From contig CM035353.1 in the NCBI GenBank assembly GCA_020137815.1, forward strand, positions 3,162,001 through 3,226,000: a DNA stretch of 64,000 nt, read 5' to 3'. Below are positions 29,801-41,200 of this stretch, one piece after another. Position 1 is the first letter of the stretch; each line of letters starts with the position of its first letter. Both the position numbers and the translations under genes were made by a program. The DNA comes from Hormiphora californensis. Taxonomy: Eukaryota > Animalia > Ctenophora. The notes under the pieces were generated by a model that ran no database searches, was not told where the DNA came from, and worked only from the letters and a program-made list of their open reading frames with translations.

Positions 29801-32800
29801 GGACCTGGAAATCACCGGATGGTCGGACCGTCACTCAAATTGACCATATCTGTGTGAGCTCTAGGTGGAAATCTTCCCTCCTTGATGTTCGGTCTTATCG
29901 TGGCGCTGATATTGGCTCAGACCACTATCTTGTGGGGGGTCGGTTTCGGCTTCGTCTTAGGGCTAATGGAAGGAGGAAGGGTGAAAGGGTGGCAGTGCCT
30001 GATTTGCAGAAGCTCCGAAATGGGAGTAAGATCGTAGAATACCAGGTTGCTCTCAAAAACCGGTTCGAAGAACTGGAGGATGGAGTAGATTTGGAATCTA
30101 GGTGGGATTTCTTCATGAACACCATCAGAGACACGTCTTTGGAAATTCTGGGGAAACGACCAGCCCAGAAGAGGCAGTGTCATCTGTCTGATACCACCAA
30201 GGATCTTATTAGCCAGAGAGCTGAAGCTAAGAGGAAGGGTGAAACAGCTAGTGAGGATTACGGCAGGTTAAGGAAGGTGGCAAAGAGGAGCAGTAGGGAG
30301 GACGAGCAGTTGTGGGCGGACAAACTAGCTGATGATTTGGAAGGTGCAGCAAGGCGTGGTAACCAGAGGGATGTTTGGCAGCTTACCAAACAGATCGCTG
30401 GTAAGGCGAATTCGAAGGGTGTTGCTGTCCGGGACAATGCGGGTAACCTCCTTTCCGAGGTCGACCAGCAGAGAGGAAGATGGGCGGAACACTTTTCGAC
30501 GCTTCTGAATCCCCAAGCATCTCCGGTTAATCTGGTGGATTTGGGGGAGCTTTCAGGGCGGCCTTGTTTTTCGGAGCTTGAAGATAGCGACGCTGCACCA
30601 ACAATCACTGAGATCAGCACCGCTCTCAAGCGTCTCAAGAACCACAAGTGTCCAGGACTAGACGGAGTTTCAAATGAGGAGCTGAAGTTTGGTAGTGCGG
30701 TGCTTGTGGGACCACTGGAGGCACTGTTTGGAGAGGTGTGGGAGTCTGAGAAGGTACCATCTGACTGGCTCAAGGGAGTTATTACCGTTCTCCCGAAAAA
30801 AGGAGACTCATCGGTATGTGGAAACAACCGCGGAATTACCCTTAGAGCCACCACCTCTAAGCTCTTTCAAATGGTACTTCTGGGCAGAATGGAGGATGGG
30901 CTCGAGAGACTTCTACGAGAAAACCAGTGTGGGTTTCGGAGGGGCCGATCCTGCATTGATCAGATTTTCTCACTGAGGATGGCCATCCACCAGGCTTCAG
31001 AGTATAACCTGCCCCTCTTTGTCAATTTTATTGACTTTAAGGCTGCTTTTGACTCGATTAACAGAGGGTTCATTTGGGCTGCGTTCAAGTACTATGGCCT
31101 CCCCGATAAATACATCAGAATCCTTAGGAGCTTCTTTGATGGGACAGTCAGCGCGGTTAGGTGGGCTGGTGGACTGTCGGATTGGTTCGAGGTTCTATCG
31201 GGCACAGGTCAGGGTGACATTCAGGGGCCTGTGGTGTTTAATGTCTGCCTGAACCTGGCCGTGGAGCTTAGTGAGGTGCATGGAAGTCCGTCCCGAGGGT
31301 TAGTACTGAGGCAGGAAGGAGACTCAGTAGAGACGGTACTTGATTGTGACTACGCTGACGACATGGCGGTCATGGATAGCACAGAGGCGGGGCTGCAGGA
31401 ATCTACTGACTTAATCTGCAAGTTTTCTGAGTATGCCGGGCTGAAGGTGAACACCAGGAAGACCGAGGCCATGGCTGTTGCTAAATCTAGTGTACAGCCT
31501 CCACCAGAAGTCAGTCTTACCATAGGGGACACAGAAATTAGTCAGGTCAGAGATTTCACCTACCTGGGATCGAAGATAAGTTACGATGGGAAACTGGATG
31601 GCGAACTTTCTTCTAGAATTGGGAAGGGATCAGGTGCATTCCGGTGCTTGGGGAAGGTCTGGAACAATCGTAACATCCTGGAGCGAACAAAAATTCGTAT
31701 TTATGAGGCTGCGATCCTGACCATCCTACTGTATGGGAGTGAGACCTGGAACACTACCAAGGCACAGATGCACCGTTTGGAGGTTTTCCACCAGACCTGT
31801 CTCCGCCGTATCCTTAAAATCAGGTGGTACAACAAAGTGAGCAATGTCAAGGTCTTGAAGATAGCGGGAATCAGTACAGTGCAGGGATACATCTCCTCGA
31901 ACCGGCTACGGTGGTTTGGTCATGTGTCCAGGATGCCAGAACATCGGATCCCCAAGATCTTCATGAACTGGGTCCCTAGGCATGGGAAGAGATCTAGAGG
32001 ACGACCTAGGAAGACTTGGCTGCAGTGTGTCCGTGAGGATGCCTGTGCTGTTTCAGGAGTTGATGATACCAATGAGGAGTTGATGGGGAAAGCACAAGAT
32101 CGTGACGAGTGGCGGCGATTTTCAAGAAGAGCGAGATATTCCGACGCGGGCCACTCTAACGATTGAGGAGACCCCTTCAAGTACAAGTAAGTAAGAAACA
32201 CTGAACTGCTAATCTATCCCTCCGAATACGGACGAAGTTTGAAACCGCCAGCTCTATTGGCCGCTCTGCAATACTTGTTTGTGTCAAAGAAATCAGGAAA
32301 GTAACGAGATTTGGTCTCGGTGTGGCCCTGTGCGCGGCTCAAACCCCTTAGCTAGAACTATGTAGTGTAGACTACAACTTTTCAGTGCTCAGTATAACGT
32401 TTTGGGCGCGCTATAAAAATAGGGCAAGCCCTTCTGATACCTCTAAACAGAGTGTGAGGTGTCTTCGATACCAAGATCTATACCTCCCCCCATATATCAC
32501 CCCCTAGATACAACGCGGCCTCACACAAGATAATTCTAAGGGGTATGATAGTAATCATATGGACCATGGCCATGGTGTTTTGGGCCCTCGGTGCTGTTCT
32601 CATCTTCATCAGAGACTATCCCGATGGAAGGGTGAGTAAACTCACCTCACCTCCACTCACCCATCTCCTCCACTCACCCATTTCCTCCACTCACTGTTGA
32701 TTTGATATATTGAATGGTGCTTTGCCGACGACCCCAAATATGGTAATTAAATTGATTGGTATGCGAGCAGTAAGCTCTTCTACTGACGGAGCCCGATTTA

Positions 32801-33634
32801 CTAGGATGCTCAGGGTGAAGGATCGTTCTGGTATAGATCGAGGCCCGACTGTAACTTTCATTTCAGGTCTGGTGGTGGTTCCCAGCTCGTTCTTCACACC
32901 AGGAACCGACCGAATTGGGAAATACTGGTCCCTGATTGGCTGATAACCAGTCACGTGACCTAAATAACAAGTTCTGATTGGTTGTTTACTTGTTTCGGTC
33001 GATTCCTGCTTCACACTCTTCTTCATTTCAGGTGCTTATCTACAACGAGGACGCTCGGCACTGCGAATGGAACTTCGATACATGGTTCCCATTGTTTATC
33101 ACTGTACAAGCAGTCATATTCATGTACCTGCCCCTCTTTTTCAATGTAGTCGCCTACACCATTATCATATTCAAACTGCGAACCCTACGATCCTCGAAAC
33201 GGTCCACGACAACCACTATGGTCACGATCCGGGCTATTATTCTATGCTTCCTGTTCTCCCTAACGTGGTTACCCGGTCAGATAGTCCGACTAATGATAGA
33301 CTCACAGTCAGATAACCATAATGAAATTATCAGGTTGGCTCTGTCTGTGCTCTATGCAAACTGTCTAATTGATCCTATAATGTACACTTGCTCGCCCAGA
33401 TCTATCATCTTGTGCATTAGAAGGTGTAGGGCTGGGGCAGAGGTAATCGGGGGGAGTGGGGCGACAGCTAGGAGGGCCAGCAGACCTGGCAGCGATCAGA
33501 CATCAAGGAACAGTGTCGTCAATACTGGTGTTATGATTCTCAGTGTTAGTGATGTGGCAGCAGCCGGGAAACGAGATGCCTTTACTCGATCTGCAGGGAA
33601 CATTTCTAATCTCCAAATTGTATCTGGGCTGTGA
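26889..33634 (+). CDS. Rhodopsin-class orphan GPCR 3 (6 coding exons)
   Basis: Exons 26889-27030, 27154-27252, 27399-27443, 27500-27593, 32508-32631, 33032-33634, all GT-AG with consistent phases. Motifs GMVIN, NLAVSD, YDRLVAVIFPIRY, TWLP, NCLIDPIMY. Confidence 0.92.
27594..27900 (+). repeat. GGTGAG-based minisatellite beginning at the GPCR3 intron-4 donor
   Basis: Units ggtgaggtgact / ggtgaagcgatgtga repeated over ~300 bp. Confidence 0.9.
28487..32195 (+). mobile_element. Full-length RTE-clade LINE
   Basis: ~570-bp 5' UTR, a single intact ORF, and a very short 3' UTR ending caagtacaagtaagtaag (RTE-type tail). Confidence 0.9.
29053..32166 (+). CDS. RTE endonuclease/reverse transcriptase, 1037 aa, uninterrupted
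   Basis: TWNV, GVG, AYAPT, GDFNA, QIDH, SDH (EN); NRGITL, FIDFKAAFDS, QGD, YADD, FTYLGS (RT); RLRWFGHV and RGRPRKTW (RTE C-terminus). Confidence 0.96.
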   Translation: MTGAGQSREDPCVQTGTKRSSHCNRVISCAITEVSPDLSKQNPYNLVKYSFKISTWNVLSLESSSSKLYELARVTSEYGTDVMTLTETHRPGTGVVVLENGNLFINSGRMDGIRRQGVGVVLSKRVKNSLISYTPVSERVMWLRLHSKQVNVSVVVAYAPTEDAEDSVKDGFYNEVTGVLDGLPGQDVVFLTGDFNARVGSDSESVSGVVGKHSLHAVSNNNGKRLVDLCTLYGLVIGGSLFEHLNIHKGTWKSPDGRTVTQIDHICVSSRWKSSLLDVRSYRGADIGSDHYLVGGRFRLRLRANGRRKGERVAVPDLQKLRNGSKIVEYQVALKNRFEELEDGVDLESRWDFFMNTIRDTSLEILGKRPAQKRQCHLSDTTKDLISQRAEAKRKGETASEDYGRLRKVAKRSSREDEQLWADKLADDLEGAARRGNQRDVWQLTKQIAGKANSKGVAVRDNAGNLLSEVDQQRGRWAEHFSTLLNPQASPVNLVDLGELSGRPCFSELEDSDAAPTITEISTALKRLKNHKCPGLDGVSNEELKFGSAVLVGPLEALFGEVWESEKVPSDWLKGVITVLPKKGDSSVCGNNRGITLRATTSKLFQMVLLGRMEDGLERLLRENQCGFRRGRSCIDQIFSLRMAIHQASEYNLPLFVNFIDFKAAFDSINRGFIWAAFKYYGLPDKYIRILRSFFDGTVSAVRWAGGLSDWFEVLSGTGQGDIQGPVVFNVCLNLAVELSEVHGSPSRGLVLRQEGDSVETVLDCDYADDMAVMDSTEAGLQESTDLICKFSEYAGLKVNTRKTEAMAVAKSSVQPPPEVSLTIGDTEISQVRDFTYLGSKISYDGKLDGELSSRIGKGSGAFRCLGKVWNNRNILERTKIRIYEAAILTILLYGSETWNTTKAQMHRLEVFHQTCLRRILKIRWYNKVSNVKVLKIAGISTVQGYISSNRLRWFGHVSRMPEHRIPKIFMNWVPRHGKRSRGRPRKTWLQCVREDACAVSGVDDTNEELMGKAQDRDEWRRFSRRARYSDAGHSND
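32900..33008. mobile_element. 109-bp hAT-type MITE (CAGGAACCGACCGAA TIR, 8-bp TSD)
   Basis: TSD cttcacac on both sides. Confidence 0.9.
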
Positions 33635-33796
33635 GATAAGTTATTGGACTATATACATGTACATTATTTTTTGAAGTTGTCACCCCAACTTCAAAAAAGC
33701 CGACTTTATTGTAGATCTGTACCTATTTATACCATATCAACGTCTCCTTTTGATTAGCCGCGATATATTATATGTAGTATAATTAATTAATTATAA

Positions 33797-34542
33797 ATGT
33801 GTCATATCCTACCTATGGAGCAGCGTGTGGAATTCAAGGCATGCTTGATGGCGTTTAAAATTGTTCATAACCTAGCCCCGGATTATCTCTGTGACCAAGT
33901 ACCAGTTGAGGACTTGGAGGCTGTTCGAACCACCCGTGGAACTGCAACGCCTGATCACTACAAGCTTAAGTATCCTAAGCTTTCGAGTATTAACGCCAAC
34001 TCCAAGTTGAGAAGGAGGAGACCGTCTGTCTTCCTACCTGAAGTGTGGAATGAGCTCCCCCTGGAGCTTCGATCAGTTGAGTCAGTGGATCTGTTCAAGT
34101 CGAGGTTAAAGACAAGATTGTTTGTGGAAGCATTCGGAGCCAGCGGAGGATGAGGTTCCTTGTTTCGCCTGCTTTCATCAGGTATTTCGCCTAGCTTGTA
34201 TTTATTTTCTTTTGGTTCTGTTTTACCGCTCATGGTAAGGTTTTTATTGGCATTTTATAGCATTTTTTCGAGTGAAGCACGAGTGGAAATGATATTTACA
34301 GACATTTTCTACCATCTAATGTGGACGTTTTTCCATCTATATCAGTCTGTTATCTCATCTGGACAGTTATGTGAGCCGAGAGTGTTTAAATCAGTTTAAT
34401 TCAGTGTTTTGGGTCTACCATTTTTTGATATACGTCTTTAAGTAACCGCTCAGATCGCCTCTCAGTGTCAGTGTCAGTTCTACTACACTGGCCCTGTGAG
34501 GTAAGGGCGGCATATAAATAGACATATTATTATTATTATTAT
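33797..34542 (+). mobile_element. 5'-truncated L2/CR1-group LINE (ORF2 C-terminus, 3' UTR and (ATT)n tail)
   Basis: HILPMEQRVEFKACLMAFK...APDYL...WNELPLELR...FKSRLKTRLF; ends gcggcatataaatagac(att)n. Confidence 0.88.
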
Positions 34543-35006
34543 TGGAACTAAACCGGGACCAGAAAATATAATGTTTTTTCTGTGTTCTAAAGAAGAGTTT
34601 TAATGCTTGGTGTTTAAGAGATTGTCATAGTTTGTGTTTTATAGCAATTTACCATGTCAGAAGAATCATTTAACAGTTCTCGAGATGTGTCGAGTATTGA
34701 CATATAATTATATATCTGAACTTTGTGTCTTCTGAGAATTTCAAATTTCACAACTTCACAATTATACCTCACCCCCCCCCCCCCCAACCTCATCATGTGG
34801 ACCCTGTCAGGTTGAGGTGGTGGGGGTGACAGAAACAACATTTTAATAGATATTTAGCAATCTGATTGCTAAACATCCATCTACTGAAATTTTGAAAGGT
34901 TTGCGAAAAAGCAATGAAATTATATGTCATTGTTATACCTCTAATACTATTTAGATACGTATCAATGATTATAAACGTATCAATTACTAAATAGTTAATA
35001 GATTAT

Positions 35007-35235
35007 ACTTACATGTTCTAGCCAGTTACTATTTTCAATCTCCTACTCACATGTTCTAGCCAGTTACTATTTTCAATCTCCTACTCACATGTTCTAGCCA
35101 GTTACTATTTTCAATCTCCTACTCACATGTTCTAGCCAGTTACTATTTTCAATCTCCTACTCACATGTTCTAGCCAGTTACTATTTTCAATCTCCCACTC
35201 ACATGTTCTAGCCAGTTACTATTTTCAATCTCCTG
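35007..35235 (-). repeat. 38-bp tandem repeat made of SBF exon end plus donor site
   Basis: Minus-strand unit gtgagtag-GAGATTGAAAATAGTAACTGGCTAGAACAT; donors at 35202, 35164, 35126, 35088, 35050 and 35012. Confidence 0.93.
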
Positions 35236-38200
35236 CCAGAAGTTCACACATTTCTCCTTCGGGAAGAGTGCCCCCATCAGGAGCTCATAAGATCGGGCAA
35301 CCTATAGAGAGATAATGGGTTAACTGAGATTAATTATATACAAGGTGGCCCATAAGTTATGATCGCGGGGGACTTAATGGGTTAACTTTCTACTTCTTGG
35401 AGAGGGGAACCAATAAGGTTGCCTGCTTGGGGTGGCGCTCGAGCTATGCTGCAGAGAAATCTGTACCAAAAATGGACCGTCGCTGAACGCCATTCGTAAT
35501 AGGAGATCAGCACCATGGCATCGTTCCGACCTACTTTTTTAAACTTTTATATACTTATTTTGTATATTACAGTCGGACGTCGGTCCCCCGGCTGGATAAA
35601 TTTCCCTCAAAACGTTTTTAACGCTTGGTCAACTTGATAAAGAGGCATGATTCGATGGGGATCACGTATCGGTTCGTTAGCGGGAGCCGGGAGGACATGT
35701 GAAAAAGGCGTGAGAGCCAAAATAAGTTTCCGGCGTGCAAAAAGTGGCAGTAAAGACTCAATTTTTGCCGTTTTTGAGCCGTTTTCGAGCCTTTCCAGCC
35801 ACTTTTTTCGAAATTTTGAGATCGAAAAACACATCCAATTTCCATGAAACTTTGGAATTGACATAGAAAATACCCAAAAAACAGTTTAGCAAAGTCTCAG
35901 CACCAGCAAAAATTCCTTGAACTGGTAGTTTTGATGCCAAAAAGACACTTCTCGGGGTGCTAGATCTCCAAAACCCCCAGGAACCTTGAATGAGGGTATG
36001 GAATAGTCCAAGTATGAAGTTTCATGACCTAATCTTGTCAACTTTTTTTCTGGGTGAAGCACAACGCTTGTAAAGATCCAAAATGAACACCCTGTATGTA
36101 TTTTAAATTTTTCATTGCTAATCAGCAATGATTATGTCATCGATATAACAGTTGGAGGTGCCTTGGCAGGCACTGTTGGTAAAGCCCGACACAATTGGTT
36201 AATAAATCTACACTAATCTCTATTGACCAGGGACCACCCAGAGAGCTAAACAGCTTTCTGGGTGGTCCCTTCAATATTAGACTCACAAAGCTGTCAAGTT
36301 GGCTCTTCTAAGTTCTCAGCGCTATAATCAATAAACCTGGGTATAAACCTGTTCCGTCGGTATTTGCCCCCCCCCCCCCCGCCCCGCCCGAAGAGAACTA
36401 CGGGAGGGGGGCCGGGGGGGGGGGGGGGGGTCCGACTGAATATATATTTTATACAATTGAATCTCCGTGTCAGTGATGTAGCCTATATAATATTATCTAC
36501 TCACATAACGATAGTGGATGTTGTCATTCAGGCCAATGAATTCCACCTCATTATAGTTCTCCAGACGGGCATTCTGAGAGAGGATAGATATATTACTAGT
36601 TGAGAATGAGAAAGTAATAGGACTTTAAAGATCTAAGCGCCCCTTTTCTTCTCTCTTTTATAAAAGGAGCCTAAAATGTTAGCTTCCTACAAAATAAAGG
36701 CTCCTTTCCTTTTGTGGACTCAACTCTCAGTATTACCTTGGTAACGAAGTAACCCTTCCCTTGCCAGCGCACGAAGGTCGCGAGACGACCTGCGCTAGAG
36801 GGGTTTGGTTTCGTAACCAAAGTAAATTACCTGTAGATCGTGGTAACTTCCAATAACAAATAGAGATATCATTCTGTTCTCCTCATCATCCTCCTGGAGA
36901 AGATCCTCACCCTCAGGGATATGGGAGAGCGTCGCTTGGGATCCTGGGGAACGTAATTATATATTAGGGGGGGGGGTGACAAATGGTGATGGTGACACCC
37001 TCTGGGATATGGGAGAGCGTCGCTTGGGATCCTGTAGAATATATAATTTTTAGTACCACGGGGCGAGAAGATCCTCACCCTCTGGGATATGGGAGAGCGT
37101 CGCTTGGGATCCTGGGGGAGTATAATATATTAGGGGGGGGGGGGGTAATCATGGTGATGATCTCTGGAGAAGATCCTCACCCTCTGGGATATGGGAGAGC
37201 GTCGCTTGGGATCCTGTAGAATATATTATTATTAGTACCACGGGGCGAGAAGATCCTCACCCTCTGGGATATGGGAGAGCGTCGCTTGGGATCCTGGGAG
37301 AGTAGAATAATTAGGGGGGGGGGGGGGGTAATCATGGTGACACCCTCTAGGATATGGGTGATGATGACACCCTCTGGGATATGGGAGAGCGTCGCTTGGG
37401 ATCCTGGGGGAGTAGAATATATATTAGCTAATTAGTACCACCACGGGGCGAGCTGGTTTACCCAGTACCATCAATCTGATGAAATCATATTATACCCACA
37501 TGGCATGTGGGGTATTGTCTAGGAACCGACCGAATCAGGAAATACTGGTCCCTGATTGGCTGATAACCAGTCACGTGACCTAAATAACGAGTTCTGATTG
37601 GTTGTTTACTTGTTTCGGTCGGTTCCTGGTATTATCACTCACCGGTACCCGGGAAGAGGTTAGCTGAACTCATTGTCATTGTCTCCTTCAACTTAGTCAT
37701 ACCACGAAACAAAATCTTCTGGAGGTGGTGATTCTTTGTCTTGCCAATGTGATATGCTGTCGTTTTGCAGTTCGCTTGCTGAAAAAGGCATCGCTGTGTG
37801 ACACAGGGAAGTGTTTACTCTTAGTTATAGGGTTTGGGGCCCTCGCCATCTATCCATCTAATTCTCGAGAACATCTAAACTCCCCGTCCACTTTGTATTG
37901 GCCGCGAGTAACCACTTTGGTGGTTACGAAGTCAAGGGCCACCATTCCGTTCTCTGTCACACATGTGATTGGGATAATCAGTTTAAGAGTCACGGCGCAT
38001 CTTACCAACCAACCAACCAATTAACCACCAATAATATCAAATAGTAGTTGAAAACAGATTATTGTCACGAAAATTGTATATAGCTTTTGTCGAGGGGCAG
38101 AGCTAGAGAACTAAATTTACCAGTTGTTTAATAGCGTGTACGAGGATGTTGAGGTAGTTTTCTGTGTGCTCAGATCTGAACCCTGTATCCGGTAGATCGG

Positions 38201-41200
38201 TGGAGGCGCGGTTGTGGGCTGCCACCCTGAGCTTCCAGTTGACCGTTTCTAACCGTCCTTTTTTAACTATCGCTGCTGACCTGAGGATTGAGGGCGGGAA
38301 TTAGGGGGGGGGGAGCGGGAATTGGGTTGATTAGGGGCGGGAATTGGGGGGGGGGGGGGGGGGTGTGAATTGGGTGGATTAGGGGCGGGAATTGGGTGGA
38401 TTAGGGGCGGGAATTGGATGGATTAGGGGCGGGAATTGGGTGGATTAGGGGCGGGAATTGGGTGGATTAGGGGCGGGAATTGGGTGGATTAGGGGCGGGA
38501 ATTGGGTGGATTAGGGGCGGGAATTGGGTGGATTAGGGGCGGGAATTGGGTGGATTAGGGGCGGGAATTGGATGGATTAGGGGCGGGAATTGGGTAGATT
38601 AGGGGCGGGGTAATGGAGGTGTGAAAGATCCCGGAGGGGGTACCTCATTAGTATGGTGGCGGGTTGTCGGGGATGTTTCCACGTCATAACAGGAAACCTA
38701 GATCTGTCAAACTGCCTCGCTACATCGTGCAGTGAGATGTCCGTGGCGAGAGATGGAACAACGAGGATGGCAGGGTAACTTCTACAAAGCTGTGGGGGGA
38801 TATGTATTAGGAACGATTGGGAACAATTGGGAACAGTTGGGAATAATTGGGAATAATTGGGAATAATTGGGAATAATTGGGAATAATTGGGAATAATTGG
38901 GAATAATTTCAGTAGAACAGTTACAAGTCTACAGCTGGAAAATGGGGGCTAAAAAAGTTTTAAAAAATCTAAAAAAAGGTAAAAAGGCCATCGACCAAAA
39001 TTAGGGTATTTTTTTGGGAAAAAAGTCTACACTCTACATACCGTGTAATCTTTGTTGAAGGCCGTCAACCTCCAGGCATTCTTGCTCGAGCTCTTCCCTA
39101 TGTCATTAAATCCCCCAAAACCTAGCCGTGCGAAATCCTCACAATACGTATACTCGTTCCTACACCTGCGATGGGATTACGGTTATTAGTAGACGGGTAG
39201 CTAAACTTTAGGGAATTGACATACAATTTCAAGCGGCTCTGTTGAAAGTAGAGAATTTCCTAAGTTATACATACCTAATTATCGGCCTCCTCTTGGGACG
39301 TTTCATTCTGAAGCTCCCGTGGAAGAAACTAGCTGCAGTAAGCCCAGACGCCAAGGAGATGACATCTGAGTGTTCGTCTCCCAGACCCCCGTTACTGGTT
39401 AATGATTGCATAGACGCAGTGTGAGTCAGCACACCAGGGGGCGGTGCCCGCTGCTGGTCTTTTGATCCCGGTGATTTGGGACCATGATGGTTCTCGTGAT
39501 CATCATTGATCTTCTTACTGCTCTTCATTGATGAGCTGTGCTTCTGGGGGAGCATCATCATACTCTTCCTATAGCTCTTCTTGGTAGCAGCACTGGCGGG
39601 AACAGCACTGGCAGGAATACCCCCTGACCCTCCCCCGGCACCAGTTGGAACACCCCCACCACCCGCCACACCAGGCACTACACCCGCCAGGCTGTCGTGG
39701 AGGGGCTCCGGGTCCGGTCGGACAAAGGCAAACGTTTGGACGATCTTGCTGACTGTTCGTAACCGAACTAATTTCTTCTTGAACAGTTCGATGCCATCAC
39801 TGCTGCGCTCCTTGAAGAAGCCAATACGGAATATTTGGCAGGTAAGGGAGTAGATGGAGAGGTGGTGCTCCACGTTGAGGCAGTCCTCGTCATCATCACC
39901 CTCCGGATCTTGGTCTGGGTCATCGTTATCCATGGAATAGATTGAACCCACCGGAATACACCTGTAGGAGGTAATAAGTTAGAGGTAATTAGTGGGAGGA
40001 TAGTACCACGGAGGTAATTAGTTAATTATATCTTTCCTCCAAAATTGTTATGAGTCGTTACGTAGGTTCTCGAGAATGTATATCATATAAATTCTTGGCC
40101 AATTTAAGCTGCCTACTCTAGAAATCCGGTCTTTCCCTGACCTCTCCCTCCCTTTCTCACCTGTAAATTATTGTATTTTCATCATCACTATTTAGTGGGA
40201 AGCCGATGAAGATGACCCTGTAGTTGGTGAGATAGAGTACTCCCTCTGCTGGTAGGATCTGTGGCTGCACACGAGCCTAAAAATAGAATTATTGTGAACG
40301 GATTTGTTTGTTTGTTTGTGATTGCCGCGTCTGGAGGATGACCTGCCCTAAAGTAGTAGAGTTGTTAGCACTAAATTATGCGGCATTTTACTCATGAGGC
40401 AACATACAGAAGCTTAAATTATGGGTATCATCTTGTCTCTGATTTTGAAATCCCATTCCCATCCCCTACACGACGGTAAACCATTATGTATGGGAACCCA
40501 TATTTGAAGAGACTTCCTCTCTGAGATTAGGGATCGGTTGATTGTTTATAAGTCGCATTATATACGGCATAACCAGTGAATAAATCTTGATTTCTCCTTC
40601 CGGCGACGACGAATTGATAGACGGGTATTTTATTGTATGTAAAAGAAAGCAACCAATTTCGATGCTCAGTATCAGCATCAGGCTCAAATTAATTTATTCA
40701 AAGAAGTGAAGAGTTTGAAAATTATGCTAAGGAACTAAATTGATTGCGTTCTTCTACAATAAAATACCCGTCTATCAAATCGTCCAGCCGGAAAGAGAAA
40801 TCAAGACTGACTCCCATTCTAGTTAACTAGTGGGGGAAGGCCCTTCCCGGAAGGGTCGCCGCAACGAGAAGGGACACAAGTAGCAACCCATATCATTGAA
40901 ACCAACTCCCACCTACCCGTCTACCCACCGAAATACGCCCTGAACACACATGACCCCCTTACCTCTGCCTGCATGGGCATCATATAAACATGGACAGGGT
41001 CCACCTGCATCTTCTCCATGTGCACCATTGGGGGGACCTCCATCCGGGCCTTGAGGAAGGTTGTCTTTTTGACGGGAGGAAGTTTCGCGGCCAACTGCGA
41101 TACCTCTGATATTGTGTCGTAATGCATGCTCAACATCTCGGGTACCTTATAAGATTTGATTTGATTTGATAAGAGCGGTTACCATGGGCGTGAACCCCTG

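Larger units (their letters stand above)
28058..32474. mobile_element. TTGG...CCAA DNA element with perfect 9-bp TSD, interrupted by an RTE LINE
   Basis: GATCTATAC at 28049-28057 and 32475-32483; termini ttggtaacgaag / cttcgataccaa. Confidence 0.85.

Noticed and set aside
35007-37452. CRISPR-like appearance of the 38-bp and spacer-interrupted repeats
   Set aside because: Eukaryotic context, no cas genes, spacers not unique, and the units derive from SBF exon boundaries.
38290-38610. Interstitial telomere
   Set aside because: TTAGGG occurs only once per 22-bp unit, not as a tandem hexamer array.
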